From the NCBI GenBank assembly GCA_021845555.1, contig JAJZVS010000001.1, positions 1 to 40,227 on the forward strand: DNA of 40,227 nt, read 5' to 3'. Of this stretch, positions 11,185-18,673 are shown piece by piece (position 1 is the first letter of the stretch; each line of letters begins with the position of its first letter). The notes below the pieces were generated by a model that was not told the origin of the DNA, did not search any database, and worked only from the letters and a program-made list of their open reading frames with translations. The position numbers and the translations under genes are program-made. Source of the stretch: Pseudomonadota bacterium. Lineage in GTDB: Bacteria > Pseudomonadota > Alphaproteobacteria > Acetobacterales > Acetobacteraceae.

Positions 11185-12396
11185 ATGATCGGACGACGCG
11201 AGCTTGTCACCGGCAGCCTGGCCGCGGGCCTGGCGGGGCGCTTCACCGCGGCGCGAGCCGCCGCGATGCCCGGGGTCACCAAGACCACGGTGAAGATCGG
11301 CAACACCATGCCCTACAGCGGACCAGCCTCCTCCTACGGGAACATCGGCCGGACGGAGTCGGCCTATTTCCGGATGATTAACGACATGGGCGGCGTCGCC
11401 GGCCACAAGATCGACTTCATCAGCCTGGACGACGGCTACGACCCGCCGCGCACGGTGGAGGACGTGCGCCGGTTGGTGGAGCAGGACAAGGTGGACTTCC
11501 TGTTCCAGGACCTCGGCACGCCGACCAACTCGGCGATCGCGCGCTATGTGAACCACAACAAGATCCCCACCCTTTTCGTCGGCTCCGGCGCCAGCAAATG
11601 GGCGGACTACAAACACTATCCGTGGGACATGGGCTGGCAGCCGAACTACCGGCTGGAGGCGCAGTTCTATACCCAGTACGCGATGAAGCACGTCAAGAAC
11701 CCGCGCTTCGCGGTGCTGTATCAGAACGACGACTTCGGCAAGGACTATCCCGCCGGCGTACGCGACGTGCTCGGCAAGGACGCGCATAAATTCATCGCCC
11801 GCGCCGCCAGCTACGAGACCACCGATCCCACCGTCGATTCGCAGATCGTCAGTCTCCAGGCCTCGGGCGCCAACGTGCTGATCGTCGGCGCGATCCCCAA
11901 GTTCGCCGCGCAGGCGATCCGCAAGGTGCATGAGATCGGCTGGAAGCCGATGTTCTTCATGACCAACGTCTCGATCTCGGTGGGCGGGGTGATGCGCCCG
12001 GCCGGCGCGAACAGCGGCCTCGGCATCATCAGCACCGGCTACCTGAAGGACCCGACCGACCCGAGTTGGAAGAACGACGCCGGGATGGAAAAATGGCGCG
12101 CGTTCATGGGCAAATACATGCCGAAGGCGGACATGTCGGATGCGGACTACGTGTTCGGCTACGGCATCACCCAGACGATGGTCCAGGTGCTGCGGCAGTG
12201 CAACGGCAACTTCTCGCGCCAGAACGTGATGCGCCAGGCCGAGAACCTGCACAATGTCAAGATCGACACGGTGCTGCCCGGCATCACCCTGAACACCAGC
12301 CCGACCGATCACCGCCCGATCAAGGCGATGCAGTTCCAGCGCTGGAACGGCGAAACCTGGGAACGCTTCGGCAAGCTGATCCAGGCGACCGCCTGA
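11185..12396 (+). CDS. ABC transporter substrate-binding protein (LivJ/branched-chain-like class), Tat-type signal
   Basis: MIGRRELV twin-arginine leader, KIGNTMPYSGPAS, DDGYDPPRT, LGTPTN and YQNDDFGKD; GGGAGA SD. Confidence 0.92.
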   Translation: MIGRRELVTGSLAAGLAGRFTAARAAAMPGVTKTTVKIGNTMPYSGPASSYGNIGRTESAYFRMINDMGGVAGHKIDFISLDDGYDPPRTVEDVRRLVEQDKVDFLFQDLGTPTNSAIARYVNHNKIPTLFVGSGASKWADYKHYPWDMGWQPNYRLEAQFYTQYAMKHVKNPRFAVLYQNDDFGKDYPAGVRDVLGKDAHKFIARAASYETTDPTVDSQIVSLQASGANVLIVGAIPKFAAQAIRKVHEIGWKPMFFMTNVSISVGGVMRPAGANSGLGIISTGYLKDPTDPSWKNDAGMEKWRAFMGKYMPKADMSDADYVFGYGITQTMVQVLRQCNGNFSRQNVMRQAENLHNVKIDTVLPGITLNTSPTDHRPIKAMQFQRWNGETWERFGKLIQATA

Positions 12397-12406
12397 CAAC
12401 CGACGC

Positions 12407-12433
12407 GCGGGCGGGGCGCGCTGCCCCGCCCGC
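12407..12433. terminator. GC-rich hairpin between convergent genes
   Basis: GCGGGCGGGGC-gcgct-GCCCCGCCCGC, an 11-bp stem with no U-tract. Confidence 0.5.
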
Positions 12434-12450
12434 CAACCCGGCGCTTGATG

Positions 12451-13512
12451 TCAGTTCCACAACACGTTGGCCGGATCGGGGCGCAGTTCGCCCCGCTCCA
12501 CCTGCTTCACCACCTCGGTCAGCCGCGCATGCGTCGGCGCCGGCACGCCCGCCTCGGCGCCGCGCGCGGCGATGAAGCCGTTCATGAACTCGATCTCGGT
12601 GCGCCGGCCCTTGGCCATATCCTGCGCCATCGACGGGCGTTGCAGGTCGCTGCGCGCCGCCCCGGTGGTGCCGGCCAGCATCAGCCGCTCCACCTCGGCC
12701 AGCGCCGCCGCATCGCCTTCCCCCGCGCGCGCGAGCTGGCCGGGATCGAGCGCGCCCACCTTGCCTACCCGGTAGCCCAGCGCCTGCCCGACCCGCACCG
12801 ATTCCGCGCCGAGGCGGATGCACACCCGGCGCACCGCGTCGTGCCGGTCGCGCTCGTTGCCGCCCATGCCGGTGGCGGCGGACACGCCGTTGCGCATGCC
12901 GTTCACGCAGAGCTTGGTCCAGCGCTCGCCCCACAGGTCGTCGGTCGCGTGCGTCACATCGACATCGTTCAGCAGCCCGGCGATCTCGCGCGCCCGCGCG
13001 GTGATCCGCCCGCTCGCCTCGCCGACATACAGGCACGTGAGATCCGGGCGCCGCGCCATCGTCCGGCGGATATGCGCGGGCTCGTAGAGATCGAGCGCCA
13101 GCCCGCCGGTCACCACCGTGCCCAGCGTGCGGCCCCAGCCGACCAGGGCGGCGATACGCTCCTCGTTGATACAATTTTGCATCGACACCACCACGCCGCC
13201 AGCTGACAGATAGGGCGCGATCAGCAAGGTGGCCCACTCGGTGTCGTAGGATTTCATCGCGACGAAGGCGATATCGACCGGGCGCTGCTTCGCCAGGTCC
13301 TGCACCTCGGTCACATGCAGCGCCGGGACGCGCACCACGCGGCTCTCCTGCGGGGTCATGCCGGACAGATGCATCCCGCCGGTGCGGATCGCCTCCACAT
13401 GCGCGGGCCAGGGGTCGATCAGCGTCACGTCGTGACCGGCCGCCGCCAGCCCCGAGCCGATGTAGCCGCCCACCGCCCCGGCGCCGACCACCGCGATCCG
13501 CTTGTCCGTCAT
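12451..13512 (-). CDS. ketopantoate reductase (PanE/ApbA) family oxidoreductase
   Basis: GAGAVGG, KSYDT, QNCINE, WTKLCVN and SMAQDMAKGRRTEIEFMNG motifs. Confidence 0.88.
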   Translation of the reverse strand: MTDKRIAVVGAGAVGGYIGSGLAAAGHDVTLIDPWPAHVEAIRTGGMHLSGMTPQESRVVRVPALHVTEVQDLAKQRPVDIAFVAMKSYDTEWATLLIAPYLSAGGVVVSMQNCINEERIAALVGWGRTLGTVVTGGLALDLYEPAHIRRTMARRPDLTCLYVGEASGRITARAREIAGLLNDVDVTHATDDLWGERWTKLCVNGMRNGVSAATGMGGNERDRHDAVRRVCIRLGAESVRVGQALGYRVGKVGALDPGQLARAGEGDAAALAEVERLMLAGTTGAARSDLQRPSMAQDMAKGRRTEIEFMNGFIAARGAEAGVPAPTHARLTEVVKQVERGELRPDPANVLWN

Positions 13513-13585
13513 CTCGTCTCCTCCCGTTTCGTGGTGCTACTCTGCCGGCTGCGCAGCGCTTGAACAATGCCGCCGGGCCGCCGAT

Positions 13586-13658
13586 CCTGCCCCGCGCGAG
13601 GCGCCACTCCGGGGCGCCTTCGGGGGCGCCTCCGGGGTGGCGCCTCGCGCGGGGCAGG
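13586..13658. repeat. 73-nt near-perfect hairpin in a divergent intergenic region
   Basis: Perfect 22-bp outer arms CCTGCCCCGCGCGAGGCGCCAC / GTGGCGCCTCGCGCGGGGCAGG, further inner pairing, and a TTCG-containing loop. Confidence 0.85.
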
Positions 13659-13669
13659 GAAGGGGCTGC

Positions 13670-13987
13670 ATGCTCGGCAAGCTGCTGGTGGCCGGCGCGT
13701 TGGGCGCGGGCGTCGCGCTCATCGTGCCGATGCGGCGCGAACGCGCCCCGAACGACTGCACGGCCCTCGCGCGCCAGATCCTGGCCCACCCTCCGCCCGC
13801 CTACCAACTCCCCGCGCCGTCCGCGCTCGATCCCGCCACCGCCGGAGCGATCGCCGCCGCGCTGGCACGCGCGCGCTACCCCGGCGTGCCGCCGCAGATC
13901 ACCTGTGCGGCGGCCTACTGGGCCATGGCGCTCGACCCCGGCCTGCGCCGGTCGCTCCTGCGCCTCGCCAGCCGGCCCCCCGGCTGA
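13670..13987 (+). CDS. hypothetical small exported or membrane-anchored protein
   Basis: 105 aa from ATG 13670 after GGAAGGGG; hydrophobic N-terminus and two Cys (NDCTAL, ITCAAAYW). Confidence 0.6.
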   Translation: MLGKLLVAGALGAGVALIVPMRRERAPNDCTALARQILAHPPPAYQLPAPSALDPATAGAIAAALARARYPGVPPQITCAAAYWAMALDPGLRRSLLRLASRPPG

Positions 13988-14010
13988 TCGCCAACCGGAG
14001 AACCGCGCCG

Positions 14011-14478
14011 CTACGCCCGCCGCAGCCCGATGCGCCGCCCCGCCGCCGCTGGCCAGGGCCGCGTATCGCCGGCCACCGCCGCCTCCAGCCGCGCGCGCAC
14101 CGGATCGGGCCACGGCGCCGTGCGCCGGCTCGCCAGATCGACATGCAGGGTCATGATCTCGTGCGCCGCCGCGACCTCCCCGCTCGGCACATGGAGCATC
14201 TCATGGAACAGATGCAGCCGCTTGCCGTCGGCGCCCAACAAGCGCGAGGCCACGCGCAGCGGATCGCCCAGCACCGTCTCCCGCGCATAGACCGTGTGCG
14301 TCTCGACCGCGAAACACGCATGGCCGCTCGCCTGCCGGTAGGCGTCGCCGATGCCCAGCACGTCGAACACCCCGTCCGTCGCGTGGTCGAACACCACGAC
14401 ATAGTAGGCCAGGTTCATGTGGCCGTTGGCGTCGATCCACTCGGGCCGGACCCGCGCGTCATGGAAGGGCAGCTGCAT
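14011..14478 (-). CDS. thioesterase family protein (4HBT-like hotdog fold)
   Basis: VRPEWIDANGHMNLAYY and FAVETH motifs. Confidence 0.88.
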   Translation of the reverse strand: MQLPFHDARVRPEWIDANGHMNLAYYVVVFDHATDGVFDVLGIGDAYRQASGHACFAVETHTVYARETVLGDPLRVASRLLGADGKRLHLFHEMLHVPSGEVAAAHEIMTLHVDLASRRTAPWPDPVRARLEAAVAGDTRPWPAAAGRRIGLRRA

Positions 14479-14525
14479 CGTTCGCACAGCTTGTTGCGGG
14501 CGCGAAGCCCGGTCAAGTTGGGCCG

Positions 14526-15959
14526 ATGCAGACCCTCGCGCGCGCCCGCTCCCTTCGCATCTTCCCGCCCGCCGCCGCGCGCCCCCCCGGCGACGGGCTG
14601 CCGCTCGCCGAGCGGCGGCGCGCCATGGCCACCATCGCCATCGCGGTCGCGATGTCGGTGCTGGACAGCGCCATCGCCAACATCGCCCTGCCCAGCATCG
14701 CCCATGAGCTGCACGTCACCCCGGCGGCCTCCATCTGGGTGGTCAACTCCTACCAGCTCGCGGTCACCGTCTCGCTGCTGCCGCTGGCGGCACTGGGCGA
14801 CATCCTGGGCTACCGGCGGGTCTATTGGGTCGGCCTCGCGGTGTTCACCGCCGCCTCGGCGGCCTGCGCGCTGACCCAGTCGCTGCCGGTGCTGATCGGC
14901 GCCCGGGTGATCCAGGGCTTCGGCGGCGCCGGCATCATGAGCGTGAACACCGCCCTCGTCCGCTTCATCTTCCCGCGCGACCAACTCGGGCGAGGGATCG
15001 GCTTCAACGCCTTCATCGTCGCCGTCTCCTCCGCCACCGGCCCCTCGATCGCCGCGGCGATCCTGTCGGTGGCCAGCTGGCACTGGCTGTTCGCGGTGAA
15101 CGTGCCGCTCGGCGCGGTCGCACTCTGGTACGGCGCGCGGGTGCTGCCCGCCACGCCGCAAAGCGGGCACCGGTTCGACCTCGCCGGCGCGGCCCTGAAC
15201 GCCGCGACGCTCGGACTGCTGATGATCTCGGTCGATGCGTTCGGCCGCGGCGAAAGCCCCGGCCTGGCCGCGGCCGGGATCGCCGCCGCCGTGGGCTTCG
15301 GCGTCTGGCTCGTGCACCGCGCCCGCGCCATGACCGCGCCGCTGCTGCCGGTCGATCTGTTTCGCCGGCCGGTGTTCGCCCTCTCGGTCGGTACCTCCAT
15401 CTGCTCCTTCATGGCGCAGACCCTGGTCTATGTCGCGCTGCCGTTCCTGTTCGAGGACGTCGGCCACCACTCGCAGATCGCCACCGGCCTGCTGATGACC
15501 CCCTGGCCGCTGATCGTCGTGGTGATCGCGCCGATCGCCGGACGGCTGTCCGACCGCTCCTCCCCCGGCCTGCTCGGGGCCATGGGCCTCGGGGTGATGA
15601 CGATCGGCATGGCACTGCTGTTCGCCATGCCGAGCCAGGCCGGCTGGGCCGATATCGCCTGGCGCATGGCCGTGTGCGGCTTCGGCTTCGGCTTCTTCCA
15701 GTCGCCCAACAACCGCCTTCTGCTCGGCTCCGCCCCGCCCGAACGCAGCGGCGGCGCCAGTGGCATGCTCTCCACCGCGCGCCTGCTCGGCCAGACCGCC
15801 GGCAGCGCAGTGGTGGCCCTGACGTTCGGCCTGTCGGGCGTCACGGGAACCGGAATCGCCGGCGGCGTGCGGCTCGCGCTGCTGGTCGGGCTGATCTCCT
15901 CCGGCATCGCGACGGCGATCAGCCTGCTGCGCCTGCGCGAACTCCGGCCCGCCACATGA
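14526..15959 (+). CDS. MFS transporter, DHA2 (EmrB/QacA-like)
   Basis: LDSAIANIALPSI, GARVIQGFG, WHWLFAVNVPLG and FFQSPN motifs; many hydrophobic segments. Confidence 0.9.
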   Translation: MQTLARARSLRIFPPAAARPPGDGLPLAERRRAMATIAIAVAMSVLDSAIANIALPSIAHELHVTPAASIWVVNSYQLAVTVSLLPLAALGDILGYRRVYWVGLAVFTAASAACALTQSLPVLIGARVIQGFGGAGIMSVNTALVRFIFPRDQLGRGIGFNAFIVAVSSATGPSIAAAILSVASWHWLFAVNVPLGAVALWYGARVLPATPQSGHRFDLAGAALNAATLGLLMISVDAFGRGESPGLAAAGIAAAVGFGVWLVHRARAMTAPLLPVDLFRRPVFALSVGTSICSFMAQTLVYVALPFLFEDVGHHSQIATGLLMTPWPLIVVVIAPIAGRLSDRSSPGLLGAMGLGVMTIGMALLFAMPSQAGWADIAWRMAVCGFGFGFFQSPNNRLLLGSAPPERSGGASGMLSTARLLGQTAGSAVVALTFGLSGVTGTGIAGGVRLALLVGLISSGIATAISLLRLRELRPAT

Positions 15960-16621
15960 CCCCGACACCACGCCGGCCCGTCACGGTCTGGGACCTGCCG
16001 GTCAGGCTGTTCCACTGGTCCGCCGCCGCGCTGGTCGCCGCGCTCTGGGTCACCGAACGCTGGAACTGGATGGATTGGCACGTGCTGGCCGGCGAAACCC
16101 TGCTCGCGCTGCTGCTGTTCCGGCTGCTCTGGGGCCTGTTCGGCAGCGAAACCGCGCGCTTCGCCCGCTTCCTCGCCTCCCCCCGCGCCGCCCTGCACCA
16201 CCTCGCCCACCTGTTCGCGCGCGAACCGGACGACGAACCCGGGCACAACCCCGCCGGCGGCTGGATGGTCGTCGCACTGCTCGGCCTGATGACCGCCGAA
16301 TGCCTGACCGGTATCTTCGTCAACAACGACGTCGCCGACGAAGGCCCGTTCACCGAACTCGTGCCGGCCTGGTTCTCCAACCTGATGACCGACCTGCACA
16401 CGATCCTGTTCCAGGCACTGATCGCCGCCGTCACCCTGCACATCGCCACCGTCGCCCTCTACTTCCTCCTCAAAGGCCAGAACCTGGTCCGCCCCATGCT
16501 CACCGGAACCAAAACCCTCCCCACCACCACGCGCCCCCCCAAACGCGCCAGCCTCACCCGCGCCCTCCTGCTCCTCGCCCTCGCCACCGCCGTCACCACC
16601 GCCCTCGCCACCTGGGGCTGA
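15956..16621 (+). CDS. cytochrome b/b6 domain protein (Ni/Fe-hydrogenase cytochrome b-like)
   Basis: VWDLPVRLFHW, WHVLAG, GHNPAGGWM, DLH...LHI heme-ligand His residues and NLVRPMLTG; ATGA overlap with the MFS stop. Confidence 0.9.
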   Translation: MTPTPRRPVTVWDLPVRLFHWSAAALVAALWVTERWNWMDWHVLAGETLLALLLFRLLWGLFGSETARFARFLASPRAALHHLAHLFAREPDDEPGHNPAGGWMVVALLGLMTAECLTGIFVNNDVADEGPFTELVPAWFSNLMTDLHTILFQALIAAVTLHIATVALYFLLKGQNLVRPMLTGTKTLPTTTRPPKRASLTRALLLLALATAVTTALATWG

Positions 16622-16632
16622 GGCGGCGAAGC

Positions 16633-16747
16633 AGCCAGCCCCCGGCCGGGGGAGTGCGGGAGTGACCGCAAGCAAGGCCAGGAGGGCTTTGCCCCCCTGG
16701 CCTTGCCTGCGATCGCCCCCGCAGCCCTCCCGGCCGGGGGGCCGGCT
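16633..16747. repeat. ~115-nt imperfect palindrome (REP/MITE-like) between convergent genes
   Basis: Arms of ~55 nt around a TTT loop, with core GCAAGGCCAGG-aggg-cttt-gcccc-CCTGGCCTTGC. Each arm carries an internal CCCGGCCGGG palindrome. Confidence 0.85.
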
Positions 16748-17948
16748 ACTCCGCGGCCACGGCCACCAGGCGGCGGCGGGCGGTGGTTCGGGCGGCGGCG
16801 ACGCAGGCGAGGCTGGCGAGCATGAGGGTGGCGGCGAGCACGAGGATGAGGTTGGGGTGGCCGCGGTCGATCAGGAAGCCGAACGGGACGGGGGTGAGGG
16901 CGCTGCCCAGCGGCAGGCCGGAGCTGACGAAGCCGAACACTTTGCCCATTTGGCCGGCGGGTGCGGCTTCGCGCAGCATCATGTCGCGTGGGGTACGGGT
17001 GCAGCCGAGGGCAAGGCCGGCGGCGAGCATGCCGCCGATGGCGCCGAGGGCTGGCAGCGGGAGGGCGTTCACGCTGAGCAGCAGGGCGGCGGAGGTGACC
17101 GAGACGGCGACGGTGATTGACAGCAGGTGGTGTTTGAACCGGTCGGCCAGGAATCCGCCGCCCAGCACGCCGGCGGTGGCGCCGACGGTGAAGCCGGTGA
17201 GGGCGGCCGAGGCGTCGGTCAGGCTGATGCCGTGGGCGCGGTGCAGGACGGTGATGAGCCAGGCTTGCACGCCGGAGCCGGCCATGGCGCCCAGCATATA
17301 GAAGCCGAAGAACAGCAGCATGGGGGTGCTGATCAGCAGTTGTCGGCCGGAGATTTGCGCGCCGCGGCGCGGCTCGCGGGTCTGGTCGGCGAGGATGCCG
17401 CTTTGCGCCAGGATGGCGCCGGCGGCGGCGACGCCGGTGAGGCCGACGGCGATCAGGCTGGTGCGCCAGCCGATGGTGAGGGCGAGCAGGGCCATTGTCG
17501 GCGGTGCCGCGGCGAAGCCGACGTTGCCGCAGAACGTGTGCAGCGCGAAGGCGCGGCCCATGCGGTCCTTATCGACCGAGCCGGACAGGATCGCGTAGTC
17601 GGCCGGGTGGATCACCGAGTTGCCGATGCCGGAGACGACGGCGCAGACGAGAATCTGCCAGAAGCTGGTGGTGAACCCCATTGCCATGATGCCGAGCGAC
17701 ATCAGCAGCGCGCCGCCGACCAGGAAGGATCGCGCGCCGTGCCGATCGACCAGGAATCCGACCGGCGTTTGCAGGAGCGCGGTGGTGGCCGACATCAGCG
17801 CGAGCACCAGGCCGAGCGCGGCGAAGCTGACGTGGAACGTTGCCTGCCAGGCCAGGAACAGCGGCGGCAGGGCGAGCACGTAGAAATGCGCGAAGAAGTG
17901 TCCGGTGCCGATCAGGCAGTTCACGCGCGTGGTTCGGCTGAGCGCCAT
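16746..17948 (-). CDS. MFS transporter (DHA1/Fsr-like)
   Basis: GHFFAHFY, GFLVDRHGAR, GNSVIHPA and GFLADRF motifs; ATG at 17948 follows GGAG. Confidence 0.9.
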   Translation of the reverse strand: MALSRTTRVNCLIGTGHFFAHFYVLALPPLFLAWQATFHVSFAALGLVLALMSATTALLQTPVGFLVDRHGARSFLVGGALLMSLGIMAMGFTTSFWQILVCAVVSGIGNSVIHPADYAILSGSVDKDRMGRAFALHTFCGNVGFAAAPPTMALLALTIGWRTSLIAVGLTGVAAAGAILAQSGILADQTREPRRGAQISGRQLLISTPMLLFFGFYMLGAMAGSGVQAWLITVLHRAHGISLTDASAALTGFTVGATAGVLGGGFLADRFKHHLLSITVAVSVTSAALLLSVNALPLPALGAIGGMLAAGLALGCTRTPRDMMLREAAPAGQMGKVFGFVSSGLPLGSALTPVPFGFLIDRGHPNLILVLAATLMLASLACVAAARTTARRRLVAVAAE

Positions 17949-17959
17949 CGCTCCGGATC

Positions 17960-18020
17960 CTTGCTGGGGCGGCGCTCCGGGCCGCCCCAGCAAGATGGAA
18001 GCGGCGCCGGGCAGCGTCAA
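17960..18020 (-). promoter_or_regulatory. putative promoter of the MFS gene with an overlapping 14-bp inverted repeat
   Basis: Minus strand reads TTGACG-N17-CATCTT (18020-17992). The inverted repeat CTTGCTGGGGCGGC-N7-GCCGCCCCAGCAAG lies at 17960-17994. Confidence 0.5.
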
Positions 18021-18033
18021 TCGCCGGCGCGGG

Positions 18034-18621
18034 TTACGGCGCCGGGTCGATCCAGCCGATGTTGCCGTCGCTGCGGCGGTAGACCACGTTCAATTCGCCG
18101 CTGGTGGTGTTGCGGAACATCAGCACCGGCTGGTCGGCGAGGTCCATCCGCATCACCGCTTCGCCGACCGACAGGCGGCTGATCTCGGCGGGTTGTTCGG
18201 CGACCACGGTGGCGAAGGCGCCGATTTCCGCCTCCGCGCCGGGTTCCGCTTCGGCTTCGGCGCCGGTTGTCTCGCGCAGCACGTATTGGCGCCCGGCTTC
18301 CGGGCGTTCGCGCTGGGCGAGGTCGCGCGCGTGGTCGCTGACGCGGCGGCGGTAGCGGCGCAGGCGTTTGGCGATATGTTCGGCCGCGTCGTCGAACGCG
18401 GCGTGCGCGTCCGCCGCCTCCCCCTCGCCGCGCAGGCTGAGGCCGCGCCCGGCGTGCAGGTTGATGTCGCAGGTGAAAAAGCTGCGCGCGCGGCTGAACG
18501 TCACCTGCGCTTCCAGAGCATGGTCGAAATACTTGGAGGCGATCGCGTCCAGGTGCTTCGAGACCCTGCTCCGCAATGCGTCGGAGAGGTCCACCTGCTT
18601 GCCGGAAACCTTGATCTCCAT
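18034..18621 (-). CDS. hpf: ribosome hibernation promoting factor (long HPF / RaiA)
   Basis: MEIKVSGKQVDL, KRLRRYRRR and C-terminal EAVMRMDL...NVVYRRSDGNIGWIDP; lies downstream of rpoN. Confidence 0.95.
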   Translation of the reverse strand: MEIKVSGKQVDLSDALRSRVSKHLDAIASKYFDHALEAQVTFSRARSFFTCDINLHAGRGLSLRGEGEAADAHAAFDDAAEHIAKRLRRYRRRVSDHARDLAQRERPEAGRQYVLRETTGAEAEAEPGAEAEIGAFATVVAEQPAEISRLSVGEAVMRMDLADQPVLMFRNTTSGELNVVYRRSDGNIGWIDPAP

Positions 18622-18673
18622 CCTGCCTTCTCCTTGAAAGCGGCCCTGCGTCCGGCCGCCGGACCCGAGCGCT

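Noticed and set aside
10990..12399. Apparent N-terminal extension making a 773-aa TauD fusion
   Set aside because: The extension is antisense to the SBP gene; a strong SD and ATG at 10989 mark the real start.
14825..15955. Apparent N-terminal extension of the cytochrome b (598 aa ORF)
   Set aside because: It is an alternative frame of the MFS gene; the ATGA overlap gives the natural start.
16633..16747. Chromosomal replication origin at the skew switch
   Set aside because: The polarity is origin-like, but there are no DnaA boxes or AT-rich unwinding element, and the skew appears local.
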